Shown: positions 41,363-50,458 of the stretch, piece after piece
Layout of the letters: the number at the start of each line of letters is the position of its first letter
Numbering within the stretch: the first letter of the stretch is position 1
Source of the DNA: Burkholderiales bacterium RIFCSPLOWO2_12_FULL_65_40
GTDB taxonomy: Bacteria; Pseudomonadota; Gammaproteobacteria; Burkholderiales; Burkholderiaceae_C
Assembly (NCBI GenBank): GCA_001770955.1
Contig: MESL01000006.1
Location: 31,726 to 95,725 of the forward strand
Reading direction: 5' to 3'
Length of the DNA stretch: 64,000 bases
Position numbers and translations under genes: made by a program
Notes under the pieces: model-generated
Told to the model about the DNA's origin: nothing
Database searches by the model: none
The model's input: only the letters and a program-made list of their open reading frames with translations

Positions 41363-43336
41363 CTACAGGCTTCCAGCCTGGTCGCGCAGCTTGCGGTAAA
41401 GGGTATTGCGGCTGATGCCCAGTACCCGGGCCGCTTCCGACAGATTGCCGCCACAGGCGCTGACCGTGCGCGCAATGGTCTGACGTGAAACCGACCGCAG
41501 ATCCAGCGCGGCGGCAGGCGCCTCGCCGCCATTCGCCCAGGGGGCCGCCAGGTTTGACGAATCTGCGGCCAGAGCCTGCGCAAGATCGTCTGGCAGGTGG
41601 TGCCATGCAATCACGGTCTCCTGCTCGTCCAATAGCGCACAGGCCGTGCGCAGGGCATTGGCAAGCTGGCGCACATTGCCTGGCCATGCATATCGACGCA
41701 GGCACACCATCAGCTCCGGCGCGATCATGATCGAATGGCCAGGAACAAGGCGGCGCAACTGGCGCGCCACCAATTCATCAAAATCCGAACGCTCACGCAG
41801 CGCGGGCAGCTGCAGAGTCAGGCCATTGATGCGGTAGTACAGGTCTTCCCGAAAACGCCCCTCCTGCATCTCCTGGGGCAGCTTGCGGTGGGTGGCACAC
41901 ACCAGCGCGAAATCCACTGCCACCGGCTTGCCTCCGCCCAGGGGCACCACCTGCTGATCCTGCAGCACGCGCAGCAGACGCGACTGCAATGTCGGCGGCA
42001 TGTCCCCGATTTCGTCCAGAAACAGGGTGCCTCCATGGGCCTCCCGGATGCGTCCGGGCGCCCCCTCTCGCCGAGCCCCAGTAAAAGCCCCGCCCTGATA
42101 GCCAAACAGTTCTGATTCGATCAAGTTTTCTGGCAGGGCCGCGCAATTGACCGCAACGAAGGACTGCGATTGGCGTGGCCCGCTGTCATGCACGGCACGC
42201 GCAAAAACCTCCTTGCCTACGCCCGACTCTCCCAGCAGCAACAGCGGGATCGCCTTGCCCATCACCTTGCGCGCACGGGCAATCGCCGCCTGCAGCACGG
42301 CGTCGCCGGTATCCATGGCCGCCAGCGCATCGGTCAACTCGGCTACAGCCACAGGCGCTGCAGTGGTGCGGTGAACCCCACTCGACGCGCGCCCTGTCTC
42401 CACCCGCAGCCACACCGCCTGGCCAGACAGGGTATGCACCACGCGCGGGATGTAGGTCGAACGCTGACACCAGTCCAGCAACTGCTCCATCGACTCTGCC
42501 AGCACCGCATCGAGCCGCACATGCTGCAGGTCGCGCCAGGTCAATCCAAGGATATCCAGGGCCGTGGCGCTGGCACCGACCAGCAGGCCGTCTTCGCGCA
42601 CCGCCAGCAACCCTTCCGTGACGGTGCCCAGCCCCTCGGGTTGCGCGTGCAGCCGCAGCTTCAACCCGCCCCAGTGGCGCAGGTCGTGCCGCGTCTCGAA
42701 CAGCCGGTGCTCGATCATCCGCGCCGCCGAGCGCACCAGACCGAGGGTATGGCGGTGATAGCCCCGGTAGTCTCCGGACACATCGAGCGCGCCCAGCATC
42801 CGCCCGTCGGGCGCGTGGATGGGCGCCGCCGCGCAGGTCAGAAAACCGTTTCGCTCCAGAAAATGCTCATCCGCATGGACCACCATCGCCCGGTCATCGG
42901 TCAATGCCGTGCCGATGGCATTGGTGCCCCGGTACTGTTCATGCCAGGTGGCCCCCGGCCGCAGAGCCACCCGTTCGGCCCGGCTGACGAAATGCGGATC
43001 ACCCGAGGCATGCAACAGCATGCCGTCCGCGCCTGCGAGCACGACCATGCTGTCAGTTTCACGGGTCTGGTCAAGCAAGAATTCCATCACGGGTCGCGCA
43101 TGGGCCACCAGTTCACGCTGCACTTCCAGCGCCCGAGCCAGCTGGGCGCCCGAGGCGTGGGGAGCGCCTGGCGTGCGGCCGCAAGGCTGCAGACCCGCGC
43201 TCCAGCATCGCATCCAGGACTGCGTGAGCTCTGGAAGGATGAGATCGGGCGGCAGGTTTCCACTGCTCATCAACTGGCGGCGTGCCTGCCGTAGCAGGCT
43301 GGGCACCGGTCGCTCCTGGAGGGCTGAAGGGGGCAT
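41363..43336 (-). CDS. Sigma-54-dependent transcriptional activator (AcoR-like: GAF sensor, AAA+, Fis-type HTH)
   Basis: The AAA+ core has GESGVGKE, the GAFTGA loop (YQGGAFTGA) and ELFGY. The C-terminal HTH is NLSEAARVLGISRNTLYRKLR. The gene is divergent from the aldehyde dehydrogenase. Confidence 0.9.
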   Translation of the reverse strand: MPPSALQERPVPSLLRQARRQLMSSGNLPPDLILPELTQSWMRCWSAGLQPCGRTPGAPHASGAQLARALEVQRELVAHARPVMEFLLDQTRETDSMVVLAGADGMLLHASGDPHFVSRAERVALRPGATWHEQYRGTNAIGTALTDDRAMVVHADEHFLERNGFLTCAAAPIHAPDGRMLGALDVSGDYRGYHRHTLGLVRSAARMIEHRLFETRHDLRHWGGLKLRLHAQPEGLGTVTEGLLAVREDGLLVGASATALDILGLTWRDLQHVRLDAVLAESMEQLLDWCQRSTYIPRVVHTLSGQAVWLRVETGRASSGVHRTTAAPVAVAELTDALAAMDTGDAVLQAAIARARKVMGKAIPLLLLGESGVGKEVFARAVHDSGPRQSQSFVAVNCAALPENLIESELFGYQGGAFTGARREGAPGRIREAHGGTLFLDEIGDMPPTLQSRLLRVLQDQQVVPLGGGKPVAVDFALVCATHRKLPQEMQEGRFREDLYYRINGLTLQLPALRERSDFDELVARQLRRLVPGHSIMIAPELMVCLRRYAWPGNVRQLANALRTACALLDEQETVIAWHHLPDDLAQALAADSSNLAAPWANGGEAPAAALDLRSVSRQTIARTVSACGGNLSEAARVLGISRNTLYRKLRDQAGSL

Positions 43337-43590
43337 GGCCGTTTGTCTCCTGATGGTTCAGTGCGCGGGATGGGTGCGCCATCTCCGGCGTCGCCACGAT
43401 GGCTAGGTGGCGACGGGCCCATTGTGCTCCAGCAAGACAGCCTACTTCAGCCGAAAACCCCGAACCCCTGTCCCGTTTTGACACACCCTGTGTCAGCCGC
43501 CGGCACAGCAGTGACAGTCTCGCCACAGCACATGCCCCGGCATGACCCGGACAAGCACCCTTTCCGGGCGAATTGGCTTTAGGCACGCGC

Positions 43591-43606
43591 TGGCACGCAT
43601 CGTGCA
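43591..43606 (+). promoter_or_regulatory. Sigma-54 (-24/-12) promoter of the aldehyde dehydrogenase operon
   Basis: TGGCACgcatcGTGCA has the GG and GC elements at the canonical spacing. It lies about 75 nt upstream of the ATG at 43682 and next to a divergent sigma-54 activator gene. Confidence 0.65.
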
Positions 43607-43681
43607 AAGAATCTGCCGAAGACCGCACGCACTAGACCTGCGGATTCACAACCCAACCATTCCATTCAAAGGAGACAAAGC

Positions 43682-45202
43682 ATGCTGTACGCCCCCCCCG
43701 GCTCCCCCAACGCCAAGGTCATTTACAAGCCTCGCTATGACAACTTCATCGGTGGCAAGTTTGTGGCCCCGGTCAAGGGTGGCTACTTCGATGTGCTCAC
43801 TCCCATCACCGGCAAACCCTACACACAGGCAGCCCGGTCCACGGCCGAGGACATTGAGCTGGCCCTGGATGCCGCCCACGCCGCAGCGGCGAAATGGGGG
43901 CGCACTCCGGCGGCCGAACGCTCCAACATCCTGCTCAAGATCGCCGACCGCATCGAGCAAAACCTGGAAATGCTGGCCTACGCTGAAACCGTGGACAACG
44001 GCAAGGCCATCCGCGAAACCCTGAACGCGGACATTCCGCTCACGGTGGATCATTTCCGCTACTTCGCGGGGTGCCTTCGCTCGCAGGAAGGAAGCCTGAG
44101 CGAGATCGATGCCGACACCATCGCCTACCACTTTCACGAACCCCTGGGTGTGGTCGGCCAGATCATTCCCTGGAACTTCCCCATCCTGATGGCAGCATGG
44201 AAGCTGGCCCCCGCCCTGGCGGCCGGCAACTGCGTGGTGCTCAAGCCGGCAGAATCCACCCCGGTGTCCATCCTGGTCCTGGCCGAACTGATCGCCGACC
44301 TGCTGCCGCCCGGCGTGCTCAACATCGTCAACGGCTATGGCCGCGAAGCCGGCATGCCACTGGCCAGCAGCAAGCGCATCGCCAAGATTGCCTTCACGGG
44401 CTCCACCGCCACCGGCCGCGTGATTGCCCAGGCCGCCGCCAACAACCTGATTCCAGCCACCCTGGAACTGGGCGGCAAATCACCCAACATCTTCTTCGCG
44501 GACGTGGCCAACGCCGATGACGATTTCTTCGACAAGGCCATTGAAGGTCTCGTGCTGTTTGCCTTCAACCAGGGTGAGGTCTGCACCTGCCCCTCCCGCG
44601 CCCTCATCCAGGAATCGGTCTATGACAGGTTCATGGAACGTGCCCTGTCCCGCGTCCGGGCCATCAAGCAGGGCAGCCCGCTGGACACCGACAGCATGAT
44701 GGGTGCCCAGGCCTCCGTCGAGCAGATGAAGAAGATCGAGACCTATCTGGCGCTGGGCAAGGAGGAAGGTGCCCAGGTGCTCATCGGTGGAGACCGTGCC
44801 CAGCTGCCCGGCGATCTGGCGGGCGGCTACTACATCCAGCCCACCCTGTTCAAGGGCCATAACAAGATGCGCATTTTCCAGGAGGAAATCTTCGGCCCTG
44901 TGCTGGCCGTGACCACCTTCAAGGACGAGGCAGAGGCCCTGCAGATCGCCAACGACACGCCGTACGGCCTGGGCGCCGGTGTCTGGACGCGCGATGGCAG
45001 CACCGCCTACCGCATGGGCCGTGCCATCCAGGCCGGCCGCGTCTGGACCAACTGCTACCACGCCTATCCGGCGCATGCCACGTTCGGCGGCTACAAGGAA
45101 TCGGGCATTGGCCGTGAAACACACAAAGTCATGCTGGATCACTATCAGCAAACCAAGAATCTGCTGGTGAGCTACAGCCCCAAGGCACTGGGCTTCTTCT
45201 GA
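43682..45202 (+). CDS. NAD(P)+-dependent aldehyde dehydrogenase
   Basis: A Shine-Dalgarno AAGGAGA lies upstream. ALDH motifs are [19 protein letters not shown] (catalytic Cys) and EEIFGPV. The protein is 506 aa. Confidence 0.9.
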   Translation: MLYAPPGSPNAKVIYKPRYDNFIGGKFVAPVKGGYFDVLTPITGKPYTQAARSTAEDIELALDAAHAAAAKWGRTPAAERSNILLKIADRIEQNLEMLAYAETVDNGKAIRETLNADIPLTVDHFRYFAGCLRSQEGSLSEIDADTIAYHFHEPLGVVGQIIPWNFPILMAAWKLAPALAAGNCVVLKPAESTPVSILVLAELIADLLPPGVLNIVNGYGREAGMPLASSKRIAKIAFTGSTATGRVIAQAAANNLIPATLELGGKSPNIFFADVANADDDFFDKAIEGLVLFAFNQGEVCTCPSRALIQESVYDRFMERALSRVRAIKQGSPLDTDSMMGAQASVEQMKKIETYLALGKEEGAQVLIGGDRAQLPGDLAGGYYIQPTLFKGHNKMRIFQEEIFGPVLAVTTFKDEAEALQIANDTPYGLGAGVWTRDGSTAYRMGRAIQAGRVWTNCYHAYPAHATFGGYKESGIGRETHKVMLDHYQQTKNLLVSYSPKALGFF

Positions 45203-45223
45203 TCTTCACGGCACCCCAATGAG

Positions 45224-45258
45224 AAAAGGGCGGCTCGGCTGGCCGCCCTTTTTTTTCT
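45224..45258 (+). terminator. Intrinsic terminator after the aldehyde dehydrogenase gene
   Basis: A perfect stem aaaagggcggc/gccgccctttt surrounds a 7-nt loop and runs into an 8-9 T tract. Confidence 0.8.
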
Positions 45259-45284
45259 TTTCCAGCCACGGGGAATTATTCACC

Positions 45285-45653
45285 ATGGTCGAACGCGTTG
45301 TGGCCACACCGGCTGCGCTGGAACTGATCGAGCGCCTGAAGGCGCAGCATGGTCCTGAACTGATGTTCTACCAGTCGCACGGCTGCTGCGATGGCAGTTC
45401 GCCGATGTGTTACCGGGTGGGAGAATTGACGCCGGGACGCTACGATCTCCAGCTGGGCAAAATCGGCGACTGCCCCTTCTTCATCAGCGAAACGCAATAC
45501 GCGTATTGGCAGAACAGCCAACTGGTCATTGATGTCATCGAAGGCAGTGGAGGCACCTTCTCGCTGGAAGGGCCTGAAGGCGTCTGCTTCATCACCCGAT
45601 CACGGTTGTTCACCGAAGATGAGCAGCAGACATCGAACGATCAATCATCCTGA
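45285..45653 (+). CDS. DUF779 domain-containing protein
   Basis: I trimmed to the ATG at 45285. [43 protein letters not shown]...FSLEG matches the DUF779 pattern that commonly follows aldehyde dehydrogenase genes. Confidence 0.8.
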   Translation: MVERVVATPAALELIERLKAQHGPELMFYQSHGCCDGSSPMCYRVGELTPGRYDLQLGKIGDCPFFISETQYAYWQNSQLVIDVIEGSGGTFSLEGPEGVCFITRSRLFTEDEQQTSNDQSS

Positions 45654-46180
45654 TCCGGGTCCATGCCGGGAAAAAGCACCTCGGTGAAGCCAAACTGCGT
45701 GAAATCACGCATGCGCATCGGATACAGGATGCCCGCGAGGTGGTCGCACTCATGCTGCACCACCCGCGCATGAAAGCCCTCGGCCGTGCGCTCAATCGGT
45801 CGCCCTTGAAGGTCGAAACCAGCATATCGGATGCGAGACCAGCGCGGCACCCGCCCCCTGAGACCGGGGACAGACAAACAACCTTCCCAATCCAGCTCCT
45901 CATCACTGCCAATGGGCGTAATCACGGGATTGATGAGCACCGTGGCCGGCACCAGGGGGCGGTCGGGATAGCGCGGATTGGGTTCATCCGAACCAAAAAC
46001 CACCACCTGCAGATCGACACCGATCTGCGGCGCTGCCAGTCCGGCTCCATGGGCTGCACGCATGGTGTCGTACATATCGACGACAAGCTGGCGCAACACA
46101 TCGGTATCAAACGCGGTGACGGGACGAACTGCCCGCAAAAGGCGGGGGTCTCCCATTTTCAGGATGGAGTGGATGGCCAT
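45641..46180 (-). CDS. def: Peptide deformylase
   Basis: I trimmed to the ATG at 46178-46180. All three deformylase motifs are present: [16 protein letters not shown] and QHECDHL. Confidence 0.9.
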   Translation of the reverse strand: MAIHSILKMGDPRLLRAVRPVTAFDTDVLRQLVVDMYDTMRAAHGAGLAAPQIGVDLQVVVFGSDEPNPRYPDRPLVPATVLINPVITPIGSDEELDWEGCLSVPGLRGRVPRWSRIRYAGFDLQGRPIERTAEGFHARVVQHECDHLAGILYPMRMRDFTQFGFTEVLFPGMDPDQDD

Positions 46181-46311
46181 GGTTTCAACGATCAATTCCG
46201 GCGAGCAGCAAAAAAGCAAACCTGCAAGGCCTTGTGAGCACATGCAGTCAAGTCGGTCAGCATAACGGCACTGAGAGCAGGTCTATTCAACACCGCGCAA
46301 TACCCCCTTGG

Positions 46312-46803
46312 ATGCAAAATACCGGCACCCTCAAGCCCGCCCCGAAACCCCACCCCATGGCCCCCACCGCAGGCAAGCCCCCCGCAGAGGCATCGCCCCC
46401 CCGGCCTGCACCGCCCGTTCACCGACCGCTGCCGTTGCCCGTGCGCTGGGCCTTGCTGGCCTTTGCCATCCTGTGTCTTGTCCTGGGGGTGATCGGGGTG
46501 TTCGTACCCGGCCTGCCGACCACGGTGTTCATTCTTCTGGCGGCCTGGGCGGCTGCGCGTTGCTCACCACGCCTGCACGAATGGCTGTGGTACCACCCCT
46601 TGTTCGGCATCATGCTGCGCGACTGGGCCAATGGCGGGCGTGTCAGCCGACGCTCCAAATGGAACGCCACCATCATGATGGCCTTCTGCGCCGTGGTCCT
46701 GTACTTCACCGCACCCCAGCTGTGGATGGCCGCCATGGCCTGCACTTTCATGTCCTGCGTGCTGGTATGGCTGTGGCTGCGTCCTGAACCGCAATACTCC
46801 TGA
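46312..46803 (+). CDS. ybaN: DUF454 (YbaN-family) inner-membrane protein
   Basis: The core is GVFVPGLPTTVFILLAAWAAARCSPRLHEWLWYHPLFG. The track start at 46234 is GTG, and the in-frame ATG candidates are 46312 and 46357, so the start is uncertain. Confidence 0.7.
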   Translation: MQNTGTLKPAPKPHPMAPTAGKPPAEASPPRPAPPVHRPLPLPVRWALLAFAILCLVLGVIGVFVPGLPTTVFILLAAWAAARCSPRLHEWLWYHPLFGIMLRDWANGGRVSRRSKWNATIMMAFCAVVLYFTAPQLWMAAMACTFMSCVLVWLWLRPEPQYS

Positions 46804-46808
46804 TTTTT

Positions 46809-46839
46809 TTGAAATCAGGCCTCATTTTGTGTATATAAT
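46809..46839 (+). promoter_or_regulatory. Sigma-70-type promoter for the tRNA-Asn pair
   Basis: TTGAAA (46809-46814) is followed by a 17-19 nt spacer and TATATAAT (46832-46839). The -10 ends about 12 nt before the tRNA 5' end, in an AT-rich context. Confidence 0.5.
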
Positions 46840-46850
46840 CTGAGGCTTGT

Positions 46851-46926
46851 TCCTCGATAGCTCAGTCGGTAGAGCGCCGGACTGTTAATCCGTAGGTCCC
46901 TGGTTCGAGCCCAGGTCGAGGAGCCA
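46851..46926 (+). tRNA. tRNA-Asn (anticodon GTT)
   Basis: The 76-nt cloverleaf reads tcctcga-ta-gctcagtcggtagagc-g-ccgga-ctGTTaa-tccgt-aggtc-cctggttcgagcccagg-tcgagga-gcca. From memory it is close to E. coli tRNA-Asn, and the CCA end is encoded. Confidence 0.95.
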
Positions 46927-46980
46927 CAATTGACCCGCAGGCCCTGCATGTGAACGCGGGGCCTTTTACATACCAATCAT

Positions 46981-47056
46981 TCCTCGATAGCTCAGTCGGT
47001 AGAGCGCCGGACTGTTAATCCGTAGGTCCCTGGTTCGAGCCCAGGTCGAGGAGCCA
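46981..47056 (+). tRNA. tRNA-Asn (anticodon GTT), identical second copy
   Basis: The sequence is identical to 46851-46926 and lies 130 bp downstream. Confidence 0.95.
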
Positions 47057-47060
47057 AATC

Positions 47061-47097
47061 AAGGCCCTGCACACCCCGTGTGCAGGGCCTTTTTTTC
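47061..47097 (+). terminator. Intrinsic terminator after the tRNA-Asn pair
   Basis: A 14-bp perfect stem aaggccctgcacac/gtgtgcagggcctt with a 3-nt loop is followed by a run of T residues. Confidence 0.85.
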
Positions 47098-47150
47098 TGA
47101 GCCAGGCGCCTGAAAAAGGCTTGGCGCCCTGCCCGTAGAATCAAGCGCAC

Positions 47151-50093
47151 ATGCCCTTGATCTACCTCATTCTTCTCCCCTTTATCGGCAGTCTTCTTGC
47201 GGCCTTTCTCCCCGCAAACGCCCGCAATTCAGAATCCACCGTTGCCGGGCTGATTGCACTGTTCTGCACCGTGCAGGCCGCGCTGTGCTTTCCAGACATT
47301 GCCGATGGCGGGGTGCTGCGCCAGGAGATCGAATGGCTGCCCGCTCTAGGCATGAACCTCGTCATCCGGATGGATGGTTTTGCCTGGATGTTCTGCATGC
47401 TGGTGTTGGGCATCGGTTCACTGGTGGTGCTCTATGCACGGTACTACATGTCGCCATCAGACCCCGTGCCCCGCTTCTTTTCATTCTTCCTGGCCTTCAT
47501 GGGCGCGATGATGGGCGTGGTGCTCTCGGGCAACATCCTCCAGCTGGCATTCTTCTGGGAACTCACCAGCCTGTTCTCGTTTTTGCTGATCGGCTATTGG
47601 CACCACCGCAAGGATGCCCGCCGTGGAGCACGCATGGCCTTGACGGTGACCGGCACCGGCGGGCTGTGCATGCTGGCCGGAATGCTCGTGCTGGGGCACA
47701 TTGTGGGCAGCTATGACCTGGACCGGGTGCTCGGGGCCGGCGAACAAATACGGGGTCACGCCTGGTATGTGCCTGTGCTCGTCCTGATTCTGCTGGGGGC
47801 GCTGACCAAGAGCGCGCAGTTTCCTTTCCACTTCTGGTTGCCCCATGCGATGGCGGCGCCCACGCCCGTGTCGGCCTATCTGCACTCGGCCACCATGGTC
47901 AAGGCCGGAGTGTTTCTGCTGGCGCGCATGTGGCCAGTGTTGGGCGGCACCGAGCCATGGTTCTGGCTGGTGGGTGGCGCGGGTCTGTGCACCTTGCTGA
48001 TCGGTGGCTATGCAGCCATGTTCCAGAACGACCTCAAGGGGCTGCTGGCCTACTCCACGATCTCGCACCTGGGGCTCATCACCCTGCTGCTCGGGCTCAA
48101 CAGCCCGCTGGCGGCCGTGGCAGCGGTGTTCCACATCATGAACCACGCCACCTTCAAGGCATCGCTGTTCATGGCTGCGGGCATTGTGGACCATGAGAGC
48201 GGAAGCCGGGACATCCGCCGCCTGTCAGGGCTGCGCACCTTGATGCCGATCACCGCCACGCTGGCCATGGTGGCCAGCGCGGCCATGGCCGGAGTGCCAC
48301 TGCTGAACGGCTTTCTGTCCAAGGAAATGTTTTTCGCCGAAACGGTGTTTCTGGATGCCGCCCCCATCGTGCGCATCGGCCTGCCCATTGCAGCCACCGT
48401 GGCGGGGATGTTCAGCGTGGCCTATTCGCTGCGCTTTACCGTGGACGTGTTCTTTGGCCCCGTCGCCACCCAGTTGCCCCGCACCCCCCATGAACCGCCC
48501 CACTGGATGCGCGTGCCCGTGGAGTTGCTGGTGCTGGCCTGCCTGGTGGTGGGCATGCTGCCGGCCTGGTCGGTGGGCCAGTTTCTGGACGCGGCGGCGC
48601 GGCCCGTGGTGGGTGGGCTTCTGCCCGCCTACAGCCTGGCAGTGTGGCACGGCCTGAACACCCCTTTCCTGATGAGCCTGGTGGCACTGGCGGGCGGCGT
48701 GGCGCTGTATGCGCTGTTGCGCGGTCTGCGCCATACCGGTCGGCTCGACGCACCACCGCTGATGCGCCACCTCCATGGGCGCCGCCTGTTCGACCATGCG
48801 CTGGCCCGGCTGACCCTGGTCGGGCGCAACGGCCGGCGGCTGCTGAGCACCGGGCGGCTGCAATGGCAGATGCTCTGGCTGATTGCTGCGGCCCTGGTGG
48901 CCGGCGCCCTGCCCATGTGGATCAACGGCCTGCAGCGCGGCGACCGCGGCACCTTGCCGCTGTCGCCCGCTTTTGCCCTGCTGTGGCTCCTGGGCGGACT
49001 GTGCGCCGTCGCGGCCGCCTGGCAAGCCAAATACCACCGCCTGGCGGCACTGACCCTGCTGGGCGGCTCCGGCCTGGCCACCTGCATCACCTTCCTGTGG
49101 TTCTCGGCCCCCGACCTCGCCCTCACGCAAATCGTGGTGGAACTCGTCACCACGGTGCTCATCTTGCTGGGCCTGCGCTGGCTGCCCAAGCGCGATGAAA
49201 ACCTGCGCATTCCCACCATGGCCGAGCAGCGCAGCACCCGCCTGCGCCGGATGCGCGACATGGGACTGTCCATCATGGCCGGTGCCGGCATGGCCGGGCT
49301 GGCGCTGGCCATGATGAGCCGACCTTTCCCGGAGAGTACCTCGACCTTTTTCCTTGAACGCGCATTGAGCGAAGGGGGTGGCACCAACGTGGTCAACGTG
49401 ATGCTGGTGGACTTCCGGGGGTTTGACACCTTCGGTGAAATTGTGGTGCTGGGCATCGTGGGGATCACCGTGTATGCATTGCTGCGGCGCTTTCGCCCGG
49501 CCCGCGAGGCGATGGACCTGCCAGAGCAGCAGCGCAACCTGCCGGCGGACCTGCACACCGACCTGGTCAACCCCCGCAACGCCACGGACACGGCGGTCGG
49601 CTACCTGATGGTGCCCGCCGTGCTGGTGCGACTGCTGCTGCCGTTTGCGGCCATGGTGTCGGCCCACATGTTCCTGCGCGGCCACAACGAACCGGGCGGC
49701 GGTTTTGTGGCCGGACTGGTGATGTCGGTGGCACTGCTGCTGCAATACATCATCTCCGGCACCCACTGGGTCGAGGCCCACCTGCCACTCAACCCACGCC
49801 GCTGGATCGCCATGGGGCTGCTGTTTGCGCTGGCCACCGGCCTGGGCGCCTTGGCCTGGGGCTACCCCTTCCTGACCAGCCATACAGCCCACCTGCATTG
49901 GCCCGTGGTCGGAGACGTGCACATCGCCAGCGCCATGTTCTTTGATATCGGGGTGTTCACCCTCGTGGTCGGCTCCACGCTGCTCATCCTCACCGCCATC
50001 GCCCACCAGTCGGTGCGGGGCCACCGCTATCACGCCCGGCTGGCAGGCGAAGCGGCTGCTGCCCCGGTCAGCACATCCCAAGGAGACCGTTGA
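47151..50093 (+). CDS. mrpA: Monovalent cation:proton antiporter subunit A/B fusion (Mrp/Pha type)
   Basis: The 980-aa multi-TM protein has an NuoL-like N-terminal two-thirds plus a MrpB-like C-terminus. It is the first of six overlapping genes. Confidence 0.9.
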   Translation: MPLIYLILLPFIGSLLAAFLPANARNSESTVAGLIALFCTVQAALCFPDIADGGVLRQEIEWLPALGMNLVIRMDGFAWMFCMLVLGIGSLVVLYARYYMSPSDPVPRFFSFFLAFMGAMMGVVLSGNILQLAFFWELTSLFSFLLIGYWHHRKDARRGARMALTVTGTGGLCMLAGMLVLGHIVGSYDLDRVLGAGEQIRGHAWYVPVLVLILLGALTKSAQFPFHFWLPHAMAAPTPVSAYLHSATMVKAGVFLLARMWPVLGGTEPWFWLVGGAGLCTLLIGGYAAMFQNDLKGLLAYSTISHLGLITLLLGLNSPLAAVAAVFHIMNHATFKASLFMAAGIVDHESGSRDIRRLSGLRTLMPITATLAMVASAAMAGVPLLNGFLSKEMFFAETVFLDAAPIVRIGLPIAATVAGMFSVAYSLRFTVDVFFGPVATQLPRTPHEPPHWMRVPVELLVLACLVVGMLPAWSVGQFLDAAARPVVGGLLPAYSLAVWHGLNTPFLMSLVALAGGVALYALLRGLRHTGRLDAPPLMRHLHGRRLFDHALARLTLVGRNGRRLLSTGRLQWQMLWLIAAALVAGALPMWINGLQRGDRGTLPLSPAFALLWLLGGLCAVAAAWQAKYHRLAALTLLGGSGLATCITFLWFSAPDLALTQIVVELVTTVLILLGLRWLPKRDENLRIPTMAEQRSTRLRRMRDMGLSIMAGAGMAGLALAMMSRPFPESTSTFFLERALSEGGGTNVVNVMLVDFRGFDTFGEIVVLGIVGITVYALLRRFRPAREAMDLPEQQRNLPADLHTDLVNPRNATDTAVGYLMVPAVLVRLLLPFAAMVSAHMFLRGHNEPGGGFVAGLVMSVALLLQYIISGTHWVEAHLPLNPRRWIAMGLLFALATGLGALAWGYPFLTSHTAHLHWPVVGDVHIASAMFFDIGVFTLVVGSTLLILTAIAHQSVRGHRYHARLAGEAAAAPVSTSQGDR

Positions 50094-50458
50094 TGGAAAT
50101 CGTTCTGAGCCTGGCCATTGGCGTCCTCACGGGTTCGGGGGTGTGGCTGTTGCTGCGTCCGCGCACCTTCCAGGTCATCATGGGGCTATCGCTGCTGTCG
50201 TATGCGGTGAACCTCTTCATCTTCAGCATGGGCCGCCTGGGCCTGGCCATCGACAAGGAACCCGTGCTCCAGCCCGGCGTTCCACAAGACCTGCTGCACT
50301 ATGCCGACCCCATGCCCCAGGCCCTGGTGCTCACGGCCATCGTCATCGGTTTTGCCATGACGGCACTGTTCCTGGTCGTGCTGCTGGCGTCACGCGGTAT
50401 TTCAGGCACCGACCATGTGGACGGCAGCCATTCCCGCGACGTGCAGGAAATGCCATGA
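50093..50458 (+). CDS. mrpC: Cation:proton antiporter subunit C
   Basis: ATG 50093 follows AAGGAG and overlaps the mrpA stop. The track used TTG at 50090. The 121-aa protein is NuoK-like with 3 TM. Confidence 0.85.
   Translation: MEIVLSLAIGVLTGSGVWLLLRPRTFQVIMGLSLLSYAVNLFIFSMGRLGLAIDKEPVLQPGVPQDLLHYADPMPQALVLTAIVIGFAMTALFLVVLLASRGISGTDHVDGSHSRDVQEMP

Noticed and set aside
46927-46980. A possible terminator or independent promoter in the spacer between the two tRNA-Asn genes.
   Set aside because: There is only an imperfect hairpin (cccgc...gcggg, then ggccttttaca) with a short T run, and no -35/-10 pair. The two genes are more simply read as one transcription unit.
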